NCBI GenBank assembly: GCA_034520665.1
Contig: JAXHNJ010000002.1
Location: 62,230-126,229 of the forward strand
DNA: 64,000 nucleotides
Reading direction: 5' to 3'
Source: Patescibacteria group bacterium
GTDB taxonomy: Bacteria > Patescibacteriota > Patescibacteriia > JAXHNJ01
Shown here: in pieces, positions 18,114-28,584 of the stretch
How the letters are laid out: every line of letters starts with the position of its first letter
Numbering within the stretch: the first letter of the stretch is position 1
The notes under the pieces: model-generated
What the model saw: the letters and a program-made list of their open reading frames with translations, nothing else
Databases searched by the model: none
Told to the model about the DNA's origin: nothing
Made by a program: the position numbers and the translations under genes

Positions 18114-18935
18114 TTAGTAAGCGAAATTAACGCCTGAACGGACATACTCGTCACGCTGATCATAAGAAATGTAGATCGAGCTGTCAGGAGCGTATTTCCA
18201 GCTAAGTGTTACCATCCAGGTATTTTCAGTGTCTCCGAAATCATACAGACCGTACAATCTCAAACCCTTAGGAAAATCAATGTGGTTCTGGACAAAGAAG
18301 ACACTCTCCTTACCTGGAATATTTTCTTCGTAGCGAGTAAGACCAACAAAGGGATTAAACCAGTAATTGAAACTATGCTGCCAGGCGACTCCGTGAGCCG
18401 TATTCTGGACATAGAAACCAGTCAGTCCATAAAGACCCAGTGTCATCGTTGACCCACCGTTGTAGTGAGCAGCTTTTACACTCCAGTTGCCATGAGAGTA
18501 CCACAGGGCCGTACCAGCACAAGAAACTGGCAAGTCTGCCTTAGCGTCCGGCCAACGAGATAAGCGATTATGGCGCGGTCCCGGCCAGATGAGATTGACT
18601 GGACAAAGATACTGTCCAACGAGAAAATTGAACTGACCACCGCTGTAATTGCGATCGAATTGCACATACAAATACTTCAGACTTGACGTTGTGTAGTCAA
18701 ACTCGGTCCGAACCATAATCTTCTGTCCCAGGATATCGCTATACGGATAGAATTTTATGCCGATCCTTCCCCAAGCAAACCGGTAATCCTCGATTTTTTT
18801 GTCAGGCAAGTCGAGCCTGGCAAAGGTAGTAATCTTTAGATCATCAACTTGAAGATCATCGGCCACAGCCGAGACTAAGAAAAACAAGCAGATAAGAAAG
18901 AAAAATACTGCTATCGTCCAGATTGTCCTAAACAT
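18114..18935 (-). CDS. Secreted beta-barrel / porin-like protein (OprO/P-like pattern)
   Basis: Signal peptide ending AVA-DD; RFAWGRIG, TEFDY, YLYVQF, VGQY..P pattern; aromatic-rich; C-terminal GVNFAY. Confidence 0.5.
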   Translation of the reverse strand: MFRTIWTIAVFFFLICLFFLVSAVADDLQVDDLKITTFARLDLPDKKIEDYRFAWGRIGIKFYPYSDILGQKIMVRTEFDYTTSSLKYLYVQFDRNYSGGQFNFLVGQYLCPVNLIWPGPRHNRLSRWPDAKADLPVSCAGTALWYSHGNWSVKAAHYNGGSTMTLGLYGLTGFYVQNTAHGVAWQHSFNYWFNPFVGLTRYEENIPGKESVFFVQNHIDFPKGLRLYGLYDFGDTENTWMVTLSWKYAPDSSIYISYDQRDEYVRSGVNFAY

Positions 18936-19106
18936 CGATTTTCTCCTTTAACAAGTTTAACTCGGAAATTAAATTAATTTCAATACTCCTCATTTCATTT
19001 ACGGTAGAACCTCTTTACTTATTAATTCCCAAACCTTACTTTCTAAAGATATTTCTATATCTCCAAAAAAGTGAGGTTGGAGATTTATTAATGTACAGAG
19101 CTGATC

Positions 19107-19135
19107 ATAATAATATAAATTTTAGAAATTGTCAA
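19107..19135 (-). promoter_or_regulatory. Sigma70-type promoter for 18114-18935
   Basis: TTGACA-17 bp-TATTAT. Confidence 0.6.
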
Positions 19136-19248
19136 GAGCTATGATACCAAAAAATCAGACCTTTTGGCCTGTTCATGTCAATTCTTTTAGTGGCTACTTA
19201 GATTAACTTAACTAACTAAGAAACCAATTAACTAATTAACTAAATCAC

Positions 19249-20352
19249 CTACCATTCCCTACCCCGATCAGAAGGAATAACTTCAATCCAAGTTTGACCG
19301 CGATTGAATTCTATTTCCTGGCCTTCTAAATCATAGAAAAGAGTACGTTGGGTTCTTTCATCCTTTTTCCACGAACCTTCAATTAACAAACCATCTCTTA
19401 AAACAAAAGCTTTTCCTTCCCCATGAGTTTCCATTTTCAGTCTCCCTTTGTTGGGGTAGTAACCAACTGGCTCAATTTCCTGAATAATTACATTCTTAGC
19501 TTTTATTTCTGCATTGTTATTGGCATCCCGCTGCACTTTATCAGCATTATACCTTAAATACATATTCTCTTCTTTTATATACTTCCATTCTACTTCATAA
19601 GCATAGGAAGAAAATTTAAGCTTATAAAATTTTTGGTCAGCCCCTCTTTTTTCCAAAGGTAAGTCATCTTTAAAATGCCACATTCTAGTAGTTGAATATC
19701 TATCTAATAATTCCTTGTCGCGCAGGGCATAAGTTAATTTTTCACCAGAGGTAAATAAATTATGCGGAGCATAAAGTGAAGTATCACGCCAAAAATAAAC
19801 CTGATCAGAAGAAAGTGCTTCCAGATCATTAGTGTGGTAATCCCGAATATTACCTAAAGCTTGGGGCGAACCACCGGCATGAGTATAAAGACAGGCGTAT
19901 TCATAAACCCAATCCAAATAATAAGGCCTGGCTGAACGGATCGGTCCAATCTTTTCCGCCTTTGAACCGCCGGTAAAAAGGGCCATAAAACGAGTGGCTC
20001 CACCTTCAGCTAATGACTCATAAACAATTGAAGCGTCAGAAAGCCCGTTTTGTGGTCGAACGCTCCTCAAATTTTCAATCATAACACAAGTAGGCCAAAG
20101 ATTAGCTGCTTTTTTATTATCCACCTCTAATCCGTCAAAGCGACGATAATACTGAATTATTTCCTCTTCCTCGTCTTTATCATTATTTAATATAATTGAA
20201 ATTCCATTACTAGTTCCAACTGCCTTTAAAAGATTATTAGCTTGAAGAGCTAAAAAAAACCAGCAAAAAGCCCCGCCCACTACCAAAATCACAGTTAATA
20301 TACTTAACCGTGTAGTTAAAGAATTAAGGTTAAATTTAAAAATATTTCTCAT
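19249..20352 (-). CDS. DUF3048 (YerB-like) membrane-anchored protein
   Basis: MIENL..VRPQNGL, YESLAEGGATRF, GPIRSARPY. Confidence 0.85.
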   Translation of the reverse strand: MRNIFKFNLNSLTTRLSILTVILVVGGAFCWFFLALQANNLLKAVGTSNGISIILNNDKDEEEEIIQYYRRFDGLEVDNKKAANLWPTCVMIENLRSVRPQNGLSDASIVYESLAEGGATRFMALFTGGSKAEKIGPIRSARPYYLDWVYEYACLYTHAGGSPQALGNIRDYHTNDLEALSSDQVYFWRDTSLYAPHNLFTSGEKLTYALRDKELLDRYSTTRMWHFKDDLPLEKRGADQKFYKLKFSSYAYEVEWKYIKEENMYLRYNADKVQRDANNNAEIKAKNVIIQEIEPVGYYPNKGRLKMETHGEGKAFVLRDGLLIEGSWKKDERTQRTLFYDLEGQEIEFNRGQTWIEVIPSDRGREW

Positions 20353-20379
20353 TTTTATTTTTGTTTTTAAAAAATACTA

Positions 20380-21462
20380 CTAAAAAGTAACTTCACGGTC
20401 AGTCGGTACAATTTGTATCCAAGTTTGACCGGCATTAAACTTAATTTCTTCACCGGCTAAATCATAAAATTTAGTTCTTTGATTACGCCCTTCTTTAATC
20501 CATTTAGCTTCAATAGCCAGGCCATCCCTAAATATCATAGCTTCTCCTTGACCAATCGTCTCCATTTTCAAACGTGATTCATCTTCTAGGGAAGTCTTAA
20601 CATATTGAACTATTACATTTTTAGCCTTAACCTGTCCGGCTTCTTTTGATTCAAAGACTTCACCCCCCTGAAATCTTTCATATTTATTTTCCCCCCGGTT
20701 ATATTTCCATTCTACCTTATAAGAATAGCTAGAATAATCAATAGTAATAATCTTTTCCTCTTCTGGTCTATCTTCGAGCGGAATCTCTTCTTTATATTCA
20801 TAGGATTCATAATTAGCTTGGCCAGCTTCCTTATCTCTTAAAGCAAAAACTAAAAACTTGGAAGCCGTGTAAACATTATGAGGGGCTGCTCTTTCGTTAT
20901 CACGCCAATAATACCGGGCATCGTAAAATTGATCCAAATTAAATATATTGTAAGTAGAAATTAAAGACATAGCCTTTGGACTACCGCCAACATGTCCATA
21001 AAGAGCATTATACTCCTTAGCCCAGTCAAGAAAATAAGGTCGAGCTGAACGGATCGGTCCCATAGATTCAACTGGTTCAGTCAGACAATAAAGAGCCATA
21101 AACCTGGTAATACCTCCCTCAACTAAAGCTTCATAAACTAGGTTAGCTTTATCTAAACCGGACTGGGGCCTTACGGTTACTAAATTTTCAATCATTAAAG
21201 CAACTGGGTAAGGATTTTGATTTTCACTACTATCATAGATACCATCTATATTTCTTCTTACCTCACCGACTTCATTAGCTTGATTAGTATTATTAGTATT
21301 TATTTCCGTCTCTTTGCCAAAAAGTAAGAATCCAGATACTACAGCTGCTAAAACTATTACTACTGCTAAAACAATAAGTGGTAATTTTTTTCTTTTTTTA
21401 GCTTGCGTCAAATATTTTTCTTTTTGACTTTCTAGCTTTACTTTTTTATCCTTTTTTTTCAT
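20380..21462 (-). CDS. DUF3048 (YerB-like) membrane-anchored protein, tandem paralog
   Basis: MIENLVTVRPQSGL, YEALVEGGITRF, GPIRSARPY. Confidence 0.85.
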   Translation of the reverse strand: MKKKDKKVKLESQKEKYLTQAKKRKKLPLIVLAVVIVLAAVVSGFLLFGKETEINTNNTNQANEVGEVRRNIDGIYDSSENQNPYPVALMIENLVTVRPQSGLDKANLVYEALVEGGITRFMALYCLTEPVESMGPIRSARPYFLDWAKEYNALYGHVGGSPKAMSLISTYNIFNLDQFYDARYYWRDNERAAPHNVYTASKFLVFALRDKEAGQANYESYEYKEEIPLEDRPEEEKIITIDYSSYSYKVEWKYNRGENKYERFQGGEVFESKEAGQVKAKNVIVQYVKTSLEDESRLKMETIGQGEAMIFRDGLAIEAKWIKEGRNQRTKFYDLAGEEIKFNAGQTWIQIVPTDREVTF

Positions 21463-22211
21463 TCTTTTTTTCCTTTTTTATCCTTTTTTTCTGAAGACTC
21501 TTTTTTAGCTTCTTTATCGGCCGAACCTTTATCAGAGGTGGGTTTCTTTTCCTCACCTTCTTCTCCTTCTTCCTCATCTTCTTCTTCAGCCACGCCTTCA
21601 ACTTCTTCAACCTTTTCTTCCACTTCTTCTTCCAATGCTTCGAGCTCTTCCTCACTTCTCGGTTTCTGAACTTTGGCCACTACTTCATCTTCTTTTTCTA
21701 AAAGAGTAATTTTTTCAGGCAGTTCTAAATCTCTTACATATATAATATCTTCAAAAGTTTTTAAAACCGATAAATTAACATCAATTTCTTGAATCAAATC
21801 AGCTGGTAAACACTCAATTTCTAACTTATCCATATTACGAATCAACACCCCACCAAGCTCCTTAACAGCCGGAGCCTCTCCCACAAAATTAAGATTAATT
21901 TCTGTAGTTATTTTTTCAGTCATCTTCACTGTGTGAAAATCAACATGAATAATTTTATTGGAAACCGGATCCAGCTGAATATCCTGAACAATAACTTTGA
22001 TAGGTTTAGCCTTACCCATAATTAAATCAATCAAACTGGACTCCCCGGCTTTTTCAAAAAGATCACAAAAATCATGATAATCAACACTAATATTTTTATT
22101 CTTAAAATTATGCCCGTAAATTATTCCCGGTATTTTTTCTTCTCTTCTTAATTTTTTTGTTTGCCTCCCTTTTTCCTCCCTAACATCTACCTTTAATTTT
22201 AATTCTTTCAT
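21459..22211 (-). CDS. rplY: 50S ribosomal protein L25/Ctc with acidic tail
   Basis: IPGIIYG, DPVSNKIIHVDF, GEAPAVKELGG. Confidence 0.95.
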   Translation of the reverse strand: MKELKLKVDVREEKGRQTKKLRREEKIPGIIYGHNFKNKNISVDYHDFCDLFEKAGESSLIDLIMGKAKPIKVIVQDIQLDPVSNKIIHVDFHTVKMTEKITTEINLNFVGEAPAVKELGGVLIRNMDKLEIECLPADLIQEIDVNLSVLKTFEDIIYVRDLELPEKITLLEKEDEVVAKVQKPRSEEELEALEEEVEEKVEEVEGVAEEEDEEEGEEGEEKKPTSDKGSADKEAKKESSEKKDKKGKKE

Positions 22212-22230
22212 ATTATTCCTTTTAAATTTT

Positions 22231-22584
22231 CTATATTTTCTCCAAAATAGAAAAATCTTTATTATTTAAGGCAAAATTTAAATCGATTACATCATCAACC
22301 TTGACTTTTTTTGAATCCTTAAATTTTTTTACTTCTCTACTAGTCAAATCCGTAATCATGCCATGTGAAGATATTTTAGGTGAATTAATCATCACTAAAG
22401 CCAAAATCTGGGTGCCACAATTCTGGCAGACAATATGCAATAAATGAGCTTCTTCTGACTCTTCAATCAATTTCATACTAGTTGCATCATACGATTGGCC
22501 ACAAATAGGACAGTTAAAAACCACTTTTAAATTCTGATTCTGAAAAGATTGACTGCTATCTTGTTTATTTATCTGGTTAAACAT
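22231..22584 (-). CDS. Hypothetical zinc-ribbon protein
   Basis: CPIC and CQNC pairs. Confidence 0.7.
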   Translation of the reverse strand: MFNQINKQDSSQSFQNQNLKVVFNCPICGQSYDATSMKLIEESEEAHLLHIVCQNCGTQILALVMINSPKISSHGMITDLTSREVKKFKDSKKVKVDDVIDLNFALNNKDFSILEKI

Positions 22585-22640
22585 AAAATTGCCTAATTTC
22601 TCTTATATTTTATCATATTTTACTATTTTGTCAATAAAAA

Positions 22641-23750
22641 TTAGCGGCTTCTGACTATTATACTTTGTATTAATCCAATCATTATCAAACTAGTAACTAA
22701 TGAACTACCACCATAACTTAAAAAAGGCAAAGGAATACCAGTAATCGGTAAAAGTCCGATATTACCGGCAATATTTATAAAAGCCTGACTAAAAAGAGAA
22801 ATAGTAATACCGCTGATTAAAAACAAGGAGAAGGTATTTTTTTGCTCTCGCAGGGCTTTAATCATACGTTTAAAAACATAAAATAAAAAGAAAAGTAAAA
22901 TAATAGCCCCAAAAAGACCCAATTCTTCAGCAATAACCGCAAAAATAAAGTCTTTTTCTGCTACCGGCAAAAAATTAAGCTGTGACTGCGGACCCAAACC
23001 TAAACCCCGCCCAAAAAACATACCTGAACCAACAGCGATAATTGACTGAGTAGGATTATAACCAGCTCCCAAAGGATCACTCGAAGGATTAATAAAAGTA
23101 GATATTCTTTTCTTTTGGTAATCCTCAAAAACAAAAAACCAGCTAAAAATCATAATAATGATTAAAAGACATATAAAAATTACAACATGAATGCGTTTTG
23201 TTCGGTTCAATAAAAGTAGGCCCAGCCAAATTATTACTAAAATTATAGCTGAACCAAAATCCGGCTGTAAGATTACTAATAAAACATAAGGTAAGGTGAT
23301 TAAAGCGCTAACTATTATTTTTTTAAACTGATACATCTGGCTGTAATTATCAGAAAAATACTTGCTTAAATAGAGAATCAAAGTAATTTTTGCTAATTCT
23401 ACCGGTTGAAAAGTCCAGCCAAATAAAGAAAACCAGGAAGTACTACCCCTTATTGTTTGACCAAAAAATAAAACTAAAAGTAAGATAACGCCTCCACCAA
23501 CATAAATAAAAAAACTGTAATTAATAAAAACACGATAATCAAAGATAGTAAATAGGAAAAGAAAAAACAGACCGATAACAAAAAAAATGGCCTGTTTATT
23601 AAAATTACTTAAATCAGGGTTTTCCTGATTCATGGTTAAACTATAAATAGCAGCTAAACCAAAAAGGATTAAGACTACAATTGCTATTAGTAATTTCCAG
23701 TCTATTTTTTTTATTAAATTTAACTGAAAGCGACCTAACATAAAAATCAA
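22641..23750 (-). CDS. rodA: Rod shape-determining SEDS protein RodA
   Basis: FQPVELAK, QPDFG, DPLGAGY, DFIFAVIAEELG, GIPLPFLSYGGSS. Confidence 0.9.
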   Translation of the reverse strand: MIFMLGRFQLNLIKKIDWKLLIAIVVLILFGLAAIYSLTMNQENPDLSNFNKQAIFFVIGLFFLFLFTIFDYRVFINYSFFIYVGGGVILLLVLFFGQTIRGSTSWFSLFGWTFQPVELAKITLILYLSKYFSDNYSQMYQFKKIIVSALITLPYVLLVILQPDFGSAIILVIIWLGLLLLNRTKRIHVVIFICLLIIIMIFSWFFVFEDYQKKRISTFINPSSDPLGAGYNPTQSIIAVGSGMFFGRGLGLGPQSQLNFLPVAEKDFIFAVIAEELGLFGAIILLFFLFYVFKRMIKALREQKNTFSLFLISGITISLFSQAFINIAGNIGLLPITGIPLPFLSYGGSSLVTSLIMIGLIQSIIVRSR

Positions 23751-24589
23751 CTAGAAATAAAATTGCTCTTATCAAAAATATTTATATGAGGTTCGATCCT
23801 AATTTCAGAGCTTAGAGGTAAATTTTTCAGCCAAGAAACTGAAATACCCTGACTCTCAAATGAGCCTAAGTTCCTTAATCTGTAATTATCATAAGCTATT
23901 GGCTCATCAGAAAAATAAATTACTACTGGTACATCAACCTGCCAAAAACCATAAAAAGACTGATTAGAAATATCTGCGGTTACTACACTAGCCACTCCTT
24001 CTGAGGTTTGTGATTTAGAAATTTTTTCATTAGAAACTTCAAAATTAATTTCTTCTAACAACAATTTATTAGTAATTCTCTTCCAATTAACATCATTTAT
24101 CTCTAAATCTAATTTTGAAACATCATCACCTTTATAAATCACATTTTTTAATACAATATATTTTTTTTGCCCCGGATTAATAAAAGAACTAGACTCTTCA
24201 GTTTCTTTATCTTCATTATCTATAAATTTATAATTAAAACTATATCCTCCCCAATCTGTGTTATTGTTTTCTATTTCAGCTAGATAATCATATTTAGAAT
24301 CTCCAACTTTAATGGCTTTTTTCTTTAATACTATTAAATTTTCCGGTTTAGCCTGCTGTCGGTAATTGCTATCAACAAAATTATGACTCATTTCTTTTAT
24401 CATTTTATCATAACCCGGACCTTGTATGGCCATAATTAATCCATTTACTAGTATATAAACAATAAAAATCACATCGATAATTAACAAGGTCATAACCCAC
24501 CATTTTCTTAAAGATTTTTTATGTGAAACAAACCAATAACTTAGCTTCAGATAAAAATCATTCATGGAATAATTCTTTTTAAAATCCAT
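23747..24589 (-). CDS. Hypothetical membrane-anchored protein
   Basis: 280-aa ORF with a single TM helix, overlapping the rodA start. Confidence 0.7.
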   Translation of the reverse strand: MDFKKNYSMNDFYLKLSYWFVSHKKSLRKWWVMTLLIIDVIFIVYILVNGLIMAIQGPGYDKMIKEMSHNFVDSNYRQQAKPENLIVLKKKAIKVGDSKYDYLAEIENNNTDWGGYSFNYKFIDNEDKETEESSSFINPGQKKYIVLKNVIYKGDDVSKLDLEINDVNWKRITNKLLLEEINFEVSNEKISKSQTSEGVASVVTADISNQSFYGFWQVDVPVVIYFSDEPIAYDNYRLRNLGSFESQGISVSWLKNLPLSSEIRIEPHINIFDKSNFISS

Positions 24590-24712
24590 ATATTTTGCTT
24601 TATTTACTTTATAATTTTAGCATAAAAAAAATACTTTGGACAATTGCACTATTTAACCCTTTATCTTTTCGTTAAATTATGCTATAATTAAATATAAGAA
24701 TAATATAAATTT

Positions 24713-25006
24713 ATGATTGATACCTCAAAAGATGTTCTTCTTCTTGTTTCTTCTTTAGCTATTGCCGCTTTTACTTTTTTTCTCTGTTGGGCGCTTTACC
24801 TCCTTATTAAAATGCTACGAGTAGGTAATGAAGCTGTGCAAAAAATTAAAGAAAAAGTAGAGTCAATCGGCGAAACTATTGAAACTGTTAAAGAAAAATT
24901 AACTAAAACCAGCGGTTCAGTTAAAACTATTGCTAATGCTGTCAGTGGTATTATTAAGTACGTCCAGAAAAAAAAGGATAAAAAAGAAAAAAAAGAAGAA
25001 GAATAA
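24713..25006 (+). CDS. Hypothetical small membrane protein with coiled coil
   Basis: TM helix plus heptads; upstream TGCTATAAT promoter and downstream terminator. Confidence 0.7.
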   Translation: MIDTSKDVLLLVSSLAIAAFTFFLCWALYLLIKMLRVGNEAVQKIKEKVESIGETIETVKEKLTKTSGSVKTIANAVSGIIKYVQKKKDKKEKKEEE

Positions 25007-25025
25007 AAAAAACAAAAAATAAAAA

Positions 25026-25060
25026 TAAAAAGACGTCTTTTTAAAGATGTCTTTTTATTT
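25026..25060 (+). terminator. Intrinsic terminator
   Basis: aaaagacgtctt-tt-aaagatgtcttttt. Confidence 0.6.
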
Positions 25061-25116
25061 GCTTAAAATAATAACTAATTTCTGTTATAATATATAAAAC
25101 CAATAACATTTATTAT

Positions 25117-28100
25117 ATGAATTTTGCCCATCTTCATGTACACTCCCATTATTCTCTTTTGGACGGACTTTCAAAAATTGATGAACTAATAAAAAAAGCC
25201 AAAGAGTATAAAATGAAATCCCTGGCCTTAACTGACCATGGGGTTATGTATGGAACAATTGAATTTTACCAAAAAGCCAAAAAAGCTGGCCTCAAACCGA
25301 TTATCGGACTTGAGGCATACTTGGCCCCACACAGTTTAAAAAATAAAAGACCCGGCCTTGATGAAAGACCTTATCACTTAGTACTTTTAGCTAAAAATAA
25401 AGAGGGTTATCAAAATTTAATTAAATTAACCAGTATCGCCCATTTGGAAGGTTTTTATTACAAGCCTAGAATTGATATTGAAACTCTTAAAAAATATTCA
25501 TCGGGCCTCGTGGGTATGAGCGCTTGCCTCCAGGGAGAAATACCTCGTCTGATTATTTCAAAAAAATATAAAAAAGCAGAAGAAGCTGCCAAAAAATATC
25601 ATCAGATTTTCCGTCAGAAAGATTTTTATCTTGAAATACAGCATCACCCTAATACCCCCCATCAGAAGGAAGTTAATAAAAAAATTATAGAAATATCAAA
25701 AAAACATAATATACCCCTGGTAGCCACCAGTGATATACATTATACCAACCCTGAAGACGCTGCGGTTCAGGATATTTTGCTTTGTATCCAGATGAAGAAA
25801 AAACTGGAAGATGAAAACCGAATGAGTATGCTGGATGAAGATTTTTCTATGACTCCCCCAGAAAAAATGAAGGAGTATTTTAAGAAAACTCCTGAAGCTA
25901 TAGAAAATACCGTTCAGATTGCCGAAAAATGTCAGCTAGAAATAGAGCTTGGCAAAATTAAACTGCCAAACTACAAAGTTCCCAAAAATTCTTCACCGGA
26001 AGAATATCTAGAAGAGCTTTGCCAAAAAGGATTAAAAGAAAAGTTTAATAATATTACCGAGGAAATAAAAGAAAGACTTGAATATGAACTTTCTATTATC
26101 AAAAAAACTGGGTTTGCCACTTATTTTCTTATTGTCCAAGACTTTGTTAACTGGGCTAAAGATAATGAAATAGTGGTCGGCCCTGGTAGAGGTTCAGCAG
26201 CTGGCAGCTTAGTTTCTTATCTGCTTAATATTACCAATATTGACCCTTTAAAATACAATCTTCTTTTTGAACGTTTTCTTAACCCAGAAAGAATTTCTAT
26301 GCCAGATATTGATATGGATTTTGCTGATACCCGGCGCGATGAAGTTTTAAGATATGTTGAAGAAAAATACGGTAAAGATCATGTTTCTCAAATTATTACT
26401 TTTGGTACTATGGCCGCCCGAGCCGCTGTACGGGATGTTGGGCGAGTTATGAACCTCTCCTACTCTTATTGTGATAAAATAGCCAAGCTTATCCCTATGA
26501 ACATGAAACTAGAGGAAGCTATTGATAAAATCGCTGAATTAAAACAAGTTTACCAATCAGATTCTCAGGGGAAAAAGTTACTAGACAACGCTAAAAAGTT
26601 GGAAGGGGTAGCTCGTCATTCTTCCACTCATGCCTGTGGCGTTTTAATTACCCCGGAAAGACTTGAAAAATACGTACCTGTTCAATACGCCGCTCCTCAT
26701 GACCCAACTATTATTAGCCAGTATTCTCTGCATCCTATTGAAGATCTTGGTCTTTTAAAAATGGATTTTCTGGGTTTAAAAAACCTAACTATCATCGAAA
26801 CAACTTTGGATATTGTTGAAGGTATTACGGAACAAAAAATAAATATTGAAAAACTGCCTTTGAGTGATAAGGAGACTTTTAAACTTTTACAAAGCGGCCG
26901 TACTACCGGTGTCTTTCAGCTTGAAAGTACTGGCATGCGGCGTTATCTTAAACAGCTTAAACCTACCGAATTAGAAGATATTATTGCTATGGTATCACTT
27001 TATCGCCCCGGCCCTATGGAATGGATCCCCAAATATATTGCCGGCAAGCACGGCCATATGAATCCCCAATATCTACATCCTAAATTAAAGCCTATTCTCA
27101 AAAGAACTTATGGTGTAGCTATTTATCAGGAACAAATTATGCAAATTGCCCGCGATTTGGCTGGCTTTACCCTGGGCGAAGCTGATGTTTTAAGAAAAGC
27201 CGTTGGTAAAAAAATACCAAAATTACTTAAAGAACAAAAAGAAAAATTTATACAAGGTTGTATAAAAAATAACATACCCAAAGATACAGCAAAAAAAGTT
27301 TTCGCCTTTATTGAACCTTTTGCCGGCTATGGCTTTAATCGAGCTCATGCCGCTTGTTATGCTATGATCGCCTATCAAACTGCTTACTTAAAAGCGCATT
27401 ATCCTCAAGCCTTTATGGCCGCTCTTTTAACTTCTGATTTAAACAATACTGACCGTATTGCTATTGAAGTCGAAGAATGCAAACAAATCGACCTGGAGGT
27501 TTTGCCACCAGATGTTAATGAAAGTTTTTCTACTTTTTCCGTTATTCTGGATCAAAAAACAAAAAAACCGACCAATCGTATACGTTTTGGTTTGCCAGCT
27601 ATAAAAAATGTCGGCACTAATTTAGTCAAAAATATAATTAAAGAAAGAAAAGAATCAGGAACTTATAAAAATCTTGAAGATTTCTTGTCCCGGGTAGTGA
27701 CTAAAGATTTAAATAAAAAATCTTTGGAGAGTTTAATTAAATGCGGGGCTTTAGATAAATTTGGTAAAAGAAAGCAAATGCTTGACAATATTAATCATCT
27801 TCTTAAATTTGCTAAAAATGCTAAACAGGAAGCCAGACTAAAACAATCAAACATTTTTGGCATGATGCCCACCCAAAACGCGCCCAAATTAAAACTCAAA
27901 AAAACTGAAGCAGTAAAAAAAAGTCAGCGCCTTTCCTGGGAAAAAGAACTTCTCGGTCTTTATATTTCAGAACACCCAATGCAGGAGTATGAAAATAAAA
28001 TAAAAAACCTAGTCACACCCATAAGAAAACTTCAGACTCATTCAAGATCTAGCGAGGTTTGTATTGGCGGTATTATTACAAAAATACAAAAAGTAATCAC

Positions 28101-28584
28101 CCGTAATAACAAGCCTATGCTTTTTGTCCGCTTAGAAGACACCTCAGCTGGTATTGAAGTCTTGGTTTTTCCACGTTTGCTGGAAAAAAATCCTGTCCTT
28201 TGGCAAGAAGATAGAATCCTGATTATTAAAGGTAAAATTTCGGATAAGGAGGAAGCTATTAAATTACTAGCTGATAAAGCCTATATCTTTGAAGAAGAAA
28301 AAATAGAAGAGATAAAAAAAGAAATGGGAGAGATTAATAACAATAATAACAAGAAAAAAATATTCTTCAGAGTACAAAATAATAATTTTAAAAAAGATAC
28401 CTTTGACCGCCTAAAAAATATTATTACTTCATCTCCCGGTCAAATAAAAGTCTATCTGGTAGTTAGCAAAAACAACAAGCAAAAACCAAAGATAATTGCC
28501 ACAAATTATTATATCAATTATAATCAAAATATAGCCCATAAAATAGAAATGCTTTTAGGACCTGATAATATTAAAATTAAATAA
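25117..28584 (+). CDS. dnaE: DNA polymerase III alpha subunit
   Basis: HLHVHSHYSLLDG PHP domain, GPGRGSAAGS, PDIDMD, KMDFLGL. Confidence 0.98.
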   Translation: MNFAHLHVHSHYSLLDGLSKIDELIKKAKEYKMKSLALTDHGVMYGTIEFYQKAKKAGLKPIIGLEAYLAPHSLKNKRPGLDERPYHLVLLAKNKEGYQNLIKLTSIAHLEGFYYKPRIDIETLKKYSSGLVGMSACLQGEIPRLIISKKYKKAEEAAKKYHQIFRQKDFYLEIQHHPNTPHQKEVNKKIIEISKKHNIPLVATSDIHYTNPEDAAVQDILLCIQMKKKLEDENRMSMLDEDFSMTPPEKMKEYFKKTPEAIENTVQIAEKCQLEIELGKIKLPNYKVPKNSSPEEYLEELCQKGLKEKFNNITEEIKERLEYELSIIKKTGFATYFLIVQDFVNWAKDNEIVVGPGRGSAAGSLVSYLLNITNIDPLKYNLLFERFLNPERISMPDIDMDFADTRRDEVLRYVEEKYGKDHVSQIITFGTMAARAAVRDVGRVMNLSYSYCDKIAKLIPMNMKLEEAIDKIAELKQVYQSDSQGKKLLDNAKKLEGVARHSSTHACGVLITPERLEKYVPVQYAAPHDPTIISQYSLHPIEDLGLLKMDFLGLKNLTIIETTLDIVEGITEQKINIEKLPLSDKETFKLLQSGRTTGVFQLESTGMRRYLKQLKPTELEDIIAMVSLYRPGPMEWIPKYIAGKHGHMNPQYLHPKLKPILKRTYGVAIYQEQIMQIARDLAGFTLGEADVLRKAVGKKIPKLLKEQKEKFIQGCIKNNIPKDTAKKVFAFIEPFAGYGFNRAHAACYAMIAYQTAYLKAHYPQAFMAALLTSDLNNTDRIAIEVEECKQIDLEVLPPDVNESFSTFSVILDQKTKKPTNRIRFGLPAIKNVGTNLVKNIIKERKESGTYKNLEDFLSRVVTKDLNKKSLESLIKCGALDKFGKRKQMLDNINHLLKFAKNAKQEARLKQSNIFGMMPTQNAPKLKLKKTEAVKKSQRLSWEKELLGLYISEHPMQEYENKIKNLVTPIRKLQTHSRSSEVCIGGIITKIQKVITRNNKPMLFVRLEDTSAGIEVLVFPRLLEKNPVLWQEDRILIIKGKISDKEEAIKLLADKAYIFEEEKIEEIKKEMGEINNNNNKKKIFFRVQNNNFKKDTFDRLKNIITSSPGQIKVYLVVSKNNKQKPKIIATNYYINYNQNIAHKIEMLLGPDNIKIK

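Noticed and set aside
19249-21462. Tandem DUF3048 paralogs as a novel system
   Set aside because: Looks like an ordinary diverged duplication with no repeats or other special structure.
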